Of a stretch of DNA of 64,000 nucleotides, positions 58,293 through 64,000 are shown piece after piece; positions within the stretch are counted from its first letter, which is position 1; each line of letters opens with the position of its first letter. The stretch lies in IMG/VR virus record IMGVR_UViG_3300028706_000553; one strand, given 5' to 3'. The stretch is from a virus. Under the pieces are notes generated by a model, which had not been told where the DNA came from, ran no database searches, and was given only the letters and a program-made list of their open reading frames with translations. The position numbers were made by a program, and so were the translations under genes.

Positions 58293-60079
58293 AACGCATT
58301 GCTTTTGTCGAGCTATCACATATATTTTCTAATCAAATAAAGTTACCATATTCTACAGGATGTATATGGAGCTATTGTAGGACAGACGATGAGATTACAA
58401 ATAATTATTCTTTTGATGTTCACGACTGGGTATATGTACTTAATGATTCATTTGATGTAGATAAAACAGCTCAACACTTAGCTGAGTGTGACATTGTGGG
58501 TATCTCATATTTTGTATGGAATACTCATGCATGCGATAAAGTATGTGCTAAGATAAAAAAGATAAACCCTAAATGTATAATCATATACGGTGGATTAGGC
58601 ACTCCAAAATATGGTCGATGTGATCAGTTTTTAAAAGATAGACCGTTCATTGATATGATAGTACATAATGAGGGTGAGATTGTCTTTAAGAATATATTAA
58701 AAGCATTATTATATAAACAGGATCTTAGGGACATTAAAGGTATTACTACTCATTTATTTCAAACACCATTAGATGGCAGGGTGAAAGATATGTCATCTAT
58801 GCCTAGTCCATATCTCGATGGATTATTCGACGATCTTATAGCAATTAAAAAACACACGTATGCATGGGAAAGTTTAATAGAATTAGAACGCGGCTGCCCA
58901 TATACATGTACATTCTGTGAGGTAGGCGATAGGCATTGGACTAAAATATTTAAACAAGATTATAATAAGTTAGTAAAAGAGATTGATTGGATATCGAATA
59001 AAAAGATAGATTACTTGCATCTTATAGATAATAATTTCGGAATGTATAAGGAACATAAGATTATATCTGATTTGCTTATAGATAAACTTAAAACAACTGG
59101 TTATCCTAATGCACTTAATATAACATGGGCAAAGCATAAAAAACCATACTTATTTGATATAGCAGAAGACTTATGGAAGGTTGGTCTTAATAAAAGTGTC
59201 ACGATCGCTCTACAGTCGATGAATTCACTTACATTAAAGGCGATCGAAAGAGCTAATGAGAATACTAATCTAAAAGAGGTAGTAGGTTATTTAAAAAGTA
59301 GAGGCATGCCTGCTTATATAGAAACTATTCTTGGTCTACCGGAGGAATCATTAGATAGTTTTAAAGAGGGTCTTTATAGATTGATTGACGACGTGAATTA
59401 TCATAATTATATTGGAATATATGTAATGGTTGCTCTTCCTAATACTCCATTTGGAGATCCTGAATATCTTAAAAAATATGGTGTACAAATAAAGCAAACA
59501 TCTCCCGCATTCTTTCATCATGAACATCCACCAGACCAATTATTAGAAGACGTTAACGATGTAGTAGTCGGCTCTAATAACATGTCGTTTGATGATTACT
59601 TAGAAGCAACAGGATGGAAGTGGTTTATGATATCTCTACATTTCCTAGGATGGCTTAGAATATTAGCTTTAGAATTAAAGAATAATCATAACATATCAAT
59701 GAGAGAGTTTTATAATGGATTATTTGAATGGTTTACAAACAACGACAGATCATTATTGTATAGAGAGTATACAGTAACAATGAGACTATTAAGGAAGGTA
59801 TTTAATAGAGAGATTCCATGGGGACGTAGAGTATCAGGCGCTTCTAATATCTATTGGGAGTATGAAGAAGCAACTGCTATACACATTGCTAAAGAGAAAG
59901 ACCGTTTCTATGGAGAAATAGGTGACTATTTAAAAGATGAATATGGTTTTGGATATTCAATAGTTAATGATCAATACAATAAGATGAAAGACCCTTACGA
60001 AGTCTATAATGGTAACTTAGAAAAGTGGGCTCGCGAATGTATGTGGTGGGGTCGGAGAGCAGAGAGGTTTTTTGTATGA
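58289..60079 (+). CDS. cobalamin-binding radical SAM protein
   Basis: N-terminal B12-like GISYFVWN..IIYGG..NEGE, then RGCPYTCTFC, DNNFG, ILGLP. Confidence 0.88.
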   Translation: MKRIAFVELSHIFSNQIKLPYSTGCIWSYCRTDDEITNNYSFDVHDWVYVLNDSFDVDKTAQHLAECDIVGISYFVWNTHACDKVCAKIKKINPKCIIIYGGLGTPKYGRCDQFLKDRPFIDMIVHNEGEIVFKNILKALLYKQDLRDIKGITTHLFQTPLDGRVKDMSSMPSPYLDGLFDDLIAIKKHTYAWESLIELERGCPYTCTFCEVGDRHWTKIFKQDYNKLVKEIDWISNKKIDYLHLIDNNFGMYKEHKIISDLLIDKLKTTGYPNALNITWAKHKKPYLFDIAEDLWKVGLNKSVTIALQSMNSLTLKAIERANENTNLKEVVGYLKSRGMPAYIETILGLPEESLDSFKEGLYRLIDDVNYHNYIGIYVMVALPNTPFGDPEYLKKYGVQIKQTSPAFFHHEHPPDQLLEDVNDVVVGSNNMSFDDYLEATGWKWFMISLHFLGWLRILALELKNNHNISMREFYNGLFEWFTNNDRSLLYREYTVTMRLLRKVFNREIPWGRRVSGASNIYWEYEEATAIHIAKEKDRFYGEIGDYLKDEYGFGYSIVNDQYNKMKDPYEVYNGNLEKWARECMWWGRRAERFFV

Positions 60080-60939
60080 CGGAGAATTGGAATGTTCTAC
60101 AGGGAAGTGCAAATGATAGACCCTCAAGTGCTAGAGATATGTTTACTTCCCGATTACGAAAATATAGAGAATTATATCATCCTGTAGAAGATGTTGATGT
60201 TCCTAAAAAATATCGGGTGATTAGTATGGTTAATCAACCGAGAATAGCTAGAATATTAACACTTAGAGAATTAGCGGGACTACCTGGTTTTATATATTCA
60301 TATAACAATACAGAAATTAATACTGTAGGAGAAAAGGGAGAAGCTACAGATGAGTCATTTATGAATTATGTGGATAGATTACAATCATATAAATCTTGGA
60401 ATTGGGTGAAAGACGGAAACGCTATAAAGTACAAGAATATATTTGATCTCGCGGATGAGACAATATATGTTGATTTACCATGTGAATATAATATGAGTAA
60501 TGACGTATTCGATATGACTAAACGAATTACTTTTCAGACACCATTTACAGATGGTTTTGAAGACGACACAGATGCATTTTATGATTTCTTACCAGTGCAG
60601 GAGTGGTTAGAGTCGGAGATAGATTTAGTTTGTGAAACACAACAAGTAAAGCAATGGCATTTTAGCGAGAAAACGTGTAAGCCATTAGGACACTGTAAGC
60701 CATTTCTAGTTATCGGATGTGTTGGGTGGTATAAGATATTTGAAGAGTTAGGGTTTAAATTATACGATGAGTTATTCGATTATAGCTTTGATGAGATAGA
60801 ATCATTTAAAGATAGACATCAAGCAATAATGGCTCAGATAAAAGACATCCTAAATATGGATAGAGATGTATTAAAGAAGAAACTACTTGACATCCGAGAC
60901 AAAATATATTATAATAAAAGACAATTATTAGAGAAATGA
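60076..60939 (+). CDS. GT10-like protein (paralogue 4)
   Basis: DLVCET..FSEKTCKP..KPFLVIG..LGFKLYDELFDYSFD; ATG 60076 in ATGA overlap. Confidence 0.55.
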   Translation: MTENWNVLQGSANDRPSSARDMFTSRLRKYRELYHPVEDVDVPKKYRVISMVNQPRIARILTLRELAGLPGFIYSYNNTEINTVGEKGEATDESFMNYVDRLQSYKSWNWVKDGNAIKYKNIFDLADETIYVDLPCEYNMSNDVFDMTKRITFQTPFTDGFEDDTDAFYDFLPVQEWLESEIDLVCETQQVKQWHFSEKTCKPLGHCKPFLVIGCVGWYKIFEELGFKLYDELFDYSFDEIESFKDRHQAIMAQIKDILNMDRDVLKKKLLDIRDKIYYNKRQLLEK

Positions 60940-60944
60940 GTTAA

Positions 60945-61325
60945 ATGGTAAAAACGTACACGCCGGTATATTTTATAAAGAAGCTTTTAATATATTTAAT
61001 AATAATGATTCCTGTAAGCATATTCATTATGAATCTTACAGTAGCAAGAGCGGAAGATAATAGAACACAAAAATTCAACGGGAACTTTCCCACACTTCAA
61101 GTTAGAGAACTATGGCAATTATGTAGTCAGACATTTCAGGGAAGTCATCCAGGACTATCTCAAGCATTACGATGGTTAGTGTGTGACTGTTATGTGGATG
61201 TTATAAGAAGAGAATTGACACCGGAAACAGCAAGTAAGTTAGAGCCAGATGCTCAAAGAGATTTGACGTCAAATTTGATTCTGGAATGTAATAAGATATT
61301 ACCCAATAATGATATAGAGACATGA
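60945..61325 (+). CDS. secreted or membrane-anchored hypothetical protein
   Basis: N-terminal hydrophobic helix; C-x-C...C pattern. Confidence 0.55.
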   Translation: MVKTYTPVYFIKKLLIYLIIMIPVSIFIMNLTVARAEDNRTQKFNGNFPTLQVRELWQLCSQTFQGSHPGLSQALRWLVCDCYVDVIRRELTPETASKLEPDAQRDLTSNLILECNKILPNNDIET

Positions 61326-61376
61326 TATGAAGAAAACAAGACATCCAGGCAATGAAGGAACAGTCGCGTTCTGGCT

Positions 61377-61799
61377 ATGGATGAAAGCTCTTTACAAAGA
61401 CGTCGATTGATTATCGATACCACAAAATATAAAAATGCCATCCCAGCATTACGAGAAGCATTAGAGATGCAGTTCAGACATCAATTCTATAAAGATCCCA
61501 AATTTCCTTTCCTACAATCAGTGGGCATCAAAGACGTATTTCAATCATTCGCATCAGAAGAGTTCGGAGATATAGGAACTCTTCGTTTATACTACGATCA
61601 CAAGGAATGGAAAGCCCAATGGTTTAACTCCCATGAAGACGCGCTCCCAATAGTTAATAATCTCTACACACATTTCAGAGTCGAAAAGGTATACGAACTC
61701 TTCGCGAAAGTTCAATACGATCTCTTTAAGAAACAACAGAGAAAACAAAAAACCGAGGAAGAGGAGGATCTCTCCTGTCCTGTAGAATTACTTAACTAA
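61377..61799 (+). CDS. hypothetical protein
   Basis: ORF only. Confidence 0.5.
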   Translation: MDESSLQRRRLIIDTTKYKNAIPALREALEMQFRHQFYKDPKFPFLQSVGIKDVFQSFASEEFGDIGTLRLYYDHKEWKAQWFNSHEDALPIVNNLYTHFRVEKVYELFAKVQYDLFKKQQRKQKTEEEEDLSCPVELLN

Positions 61800-61800
61800 T

Positions 61801-62163
61801 ATGAGTATTGCTTCACGTGCTTGCACGCCTTTCGCGTCACTCAACAACCAACTCCAACACCTCAACAAAGAACTAAACCGATGTGAGACCATGTCAGAAC
61901 GTATAACAGTACGCGAAGACATCAAACTCATACAAGAAGAGCTACGCTCACTTGAGACGCTAGACTCTAAACAACAACTTCAGCAAATAACTCAGAACGG
62001 ATCAATGAACCAAATCAAAATCCATTACAGATTAAGAGACCGAGCAAAACCTGCTTTGTGTAGAAAATACAACAGCGAAGACAGAGCACGGCAGTGGCTT
62101 TCAGAACTGAACAGCAAACCTCAGTATGTATTAGAGAGGGTGGAAGGAATGAAACTACTATGA
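61801..62163 (+). CDS. hypothetical protein
   Basis: ORF only. Confidence 0.45.
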   Translation: MSIASRACTPFASLNNQLQHLNKELNRCETMSERITVREDIKLIQEELRSLETLDSKQQLQQITQNGSMNQIKIHYRLRDRAKPALCRKYNSEDRARQWLSELNSKPQYVLERVEGMKLL

Positions 62164-62188
62164 CACAAACATCAAAGATTTTGGAACT

Positions 62189-62332
62189 ATGTTACAAGTG
62201 ATCTATATGAAAGCCCTAGTGATAAAGTATCTAGGCGTAACGACGTGGAAGATAATTGAAGCCGCGATCTATGGAATGGGAATAAGTGCATTTATTACAG
62301 TAATGATAATGCAAATCTTTAATATCCCCTAA
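62189..62332 (+). CDS. small membrane peptide (47 aa)
   Basis: read by hand; hydrophobic AAIYGMGISAFITVMIMQIF. Confidence 0.4.
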   Translation: MLQVIYMKALVIKYLGVTTWKIIEAAIYGMGISAFITVMIMQIFNIP

Positions 62333-62413
62333 GATAAACTATATGTAGTTCATCTACATGTATAGAGAGAAGAACCAATGATTACAGCAATCATTTGGAA
62401 CAACATAGTGTAT

Positions 62414-62431
62414 GAGGATACTAGTATCCTC
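62414..62431. repeat. perfect 18-bp palindrome GAGGATACTAGTATCCTC
   Basis: direct inspection. Confidence 0.9.
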
Positions 62432-62915
62432 TATTAGAGAAGACTACACTATTTTAACACCCATTTATAAACGGTTAATTAATATGGTTTTCCTGTGTTA
62501 GAAGGCGCGTATACAGCGATATATCAGGGGTTAATGCTCAGTTAATAGCAGATACAGCCGTTTGCAGTGGTGTAGTAGTGTATACAACAGCGAAGAAACA
62601 GAGAGAAGTGTTGAGTATAGTAGAGTAACAGTAGAGAAATGGTGGTGGTTGTATGGATCTAAACAGCCTCTCGCGAATCGCAACAACTTTTTTTGAAACG
62701 ATATATTTTTTATCAACCATTTGATTTCAGATATCCTCAACCAACAACCCATATTCTCCCCACAACCGCTGTATTGGTAGCGTCCCGCAACAACGGCAGC
62801 AAATTATACGTGCAGTAGGAGCACGTGCTTCTATTTCTACAGGCAAGAGAATACCTGTATTCTAATTAATTGCGTAAAGCATTGAAATCATTGCTTTTAA
62901 TAATTCATTTTTCTG

Positions 62916-62944
62916 TTGACATTTCTCTCTAGTTGTGGTATAAT
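62916..62944 (+). promoter_or_regulatory. strong early sigma70 promoter with extended -10
   Basis: TTGACA-N17-TATAAT with TGn and an AT-rich UP region. Confidence 0.85.
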
Positions 62945-62973
62945 ATATTATAAACAATTAAGAGAGAGTTGCT

Positions 62974-63318
62974 ATGATGAACGTTGAAGTGAGTACGCAG
63001 ATAAGAGAGAATTACGGCGCCCATGAATGGGATGGTGTCGGAGAGTGTCCACAATATTGGAAATCCAAAGGCGGAGAAGACTGGGTTATTATGAATGCCC
63101 CCACCGTTGAGGATGCCGAGCATTTTGTGGAGCATTATATTGTAGGTGAAGACAATGAGTACTCTACGGAGTCGGTTGTCTCTGCTTCTGAAGTTCCCAT
63201 TGACCACCGCACCTGGTTAGAAGGAATCACTGGAGAGGTCGACCATATCTTCCGCGTTGAGTGGACTGATCGTTTCCACCATTTCCCCAACCCTAAATCC
63301 GAACAAGCTTATGCCTAA
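62974..63318 (+). CDS. conserved early phage protein
   Basis: TQIRENYGAHEWDGVGECPQYWKSKGG motif; follows the early promoter. Confidence 0.7.
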   Translation: MMNVEVSTQIRENYGAHEWDGVGECPQYWKSKGGEDWVIMNAPTVEDAEHFVEHYIVGEDNEYSTESVVSASEVPIDHRTWLEGITGEVDHIFRVEWTDRFHHFPNPKSEQAYA

Positions 63319-63520
63319 CATGGAACCACGAGATGAACTCGCTATAGAGATAGAGACTAACCTCAGCACACTAGAGAAAGATATAGAAGAGTGGAAGGCT
63401 GGTGATAGGACTGACTATGATGAGTGGAACCGTTTGAATTATACTATATCTAATCTTAATAATGAAGTCAACGAACTCGAACACCTAGAGCATATACATG
63501 AGGGCGGTCTAATCTCTTAG
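63311..63520 (+). CDS. small acidic early protein
   Basis: likely ATG 63311 (track start 63257). Confidence 0.55.
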   Translation: MPNMEPRDELAIEIETNLSTLEKDIEEWKAGDRTDYDEWNRLNYTISNLNNEVNELEHLEHIHEGGLIS

Positions 63521-63528
63521 ACGCCTCA

Positions 63529-63576
63529 ACTCCGCTGTCTCTTCTTCCTATCTCTCTCGCCGGAGAACAGCGGAGT
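63529..63576 (+). other. stable hairpin after the early operon (terminator or processing site)
   Basis: ACTCCGCTGT / ACAGCGGAGT 10-bp stem, extendable by CTC/GAG. Confidence 0.6.
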
Positions 63577-64000
63577 CTTATTAAGTAGAGAGAACAACAA
63601 TCAGAGCTCAGCTCCTGCTGCGTCCGCGTGGAGAACATGCTGTGGCTCTGACAACCCCCCCCACCTATAATATGCGGTCAAGGAAATCGCTCGACCCTAT
63701 AGGCCTAGCATCACCGCTACATCTCAATCTCAAACAAAATTTTTTTTCTTCTATAACAACCACTTACAAAGCGTTTGTCTCTTCTATAATATCAATGCCA
63801 ACCACAGCAACACCCGGTGATCGATCCAAAATTTTTTTTTCTATTAAAGACAAGCTTGGCTTTCAGCTACTATGTTTGATCGACTGCTCTGAGCGATCTT
63901 CTGTGGGTTCTCTATTCATGGCGTTCAACTAGTTGAATTCATTGATGAATTTAATTACATATCTTATTGTTATTATTACAGATATTTGTTTATCAATGAT

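Noticed and set aside
47074-60939. Claim that the phage makes streptomycin or another known antibiotic
   Set aside because: Only family-level resemblance; no cyclitol synthase, dTDP-sugar genes or resistance gene seen.
1564-62752. Minus-strand and nested plus-strand ORFs in the track (e.g. 1564-1863, 8934-9149, 29995-30312, 43191-43517)
   Set aside because: They are shadows of well-supported + strand genes, with no motifs or RBS.
63642-63932. 96-aa ORF at the window end
   Set aside because: Runs through T homopolymers and low-complexity sequence; no credible start context.
1-64000. tRNA genes, rRNA, CRISPR arrays
   Set aside because: No cloverleaf/T-loop motif or regularly spaced repeat array recognised by eye; tRNAscan would be needed to exclude fully.
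1-64000. Alternative genetic code (stop recoding)
   Set aside because: Core genes are full length under the standard code, and TAA, TAG and TGA all terminate genes.

Overview
AT-rich 64 kb segment of a large T4-like myovirus, probably aquatic. Almost all genes are on the + strand. It carries the T4 core morphogenesis block (gp15, 16, 17, 18, two gp19 copies, 20, 67-like, 21, 22, 23, 3), uvsY, uvsW, gp55, gp47 and gp46, plus a tail-fibre region with two fibres that share a duplicated N-terminus. TATAAATA late promoters and sigma70-type promoters are visible. The accessory content is rich. (i) About 5.6 kb of envelope genes separates the terminase subunits: a membrane-anchored c-type cytochrome, an AapJ-like amino-acid binding protein, a lipoprotein lipase and an orphan Pycsar-type membrane effector. 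(ii) Peptide deformylase, ribosomal protein bS21, QueD and QueE. (iii) A flavin-dependent halogenase-like gene, an AsnB-like amidotransferase and glycosyltransferases. (iv) An Fe-S assembly pair, IscA and IscU; the IscU is interrupted by a 329-aa intein with an endonuclease, inserted at the cluster-ligand Cys63. (v) A ~14 kb biosynthetic-looking cluster: DegT aminotransferase, StrB1-like amidinotransferase, StrG-like oxygenase, split radical SAM/SPASM genes, a B12 radical SAM, 2OG oxygenases, SGNH proteins and four GT10-like paralogues. A candidate -1 frameshift (A AAA AAG) and a palindrome-rich non-coding end region are also present. All family calls come from motif recognition by eye; no database searches were run.
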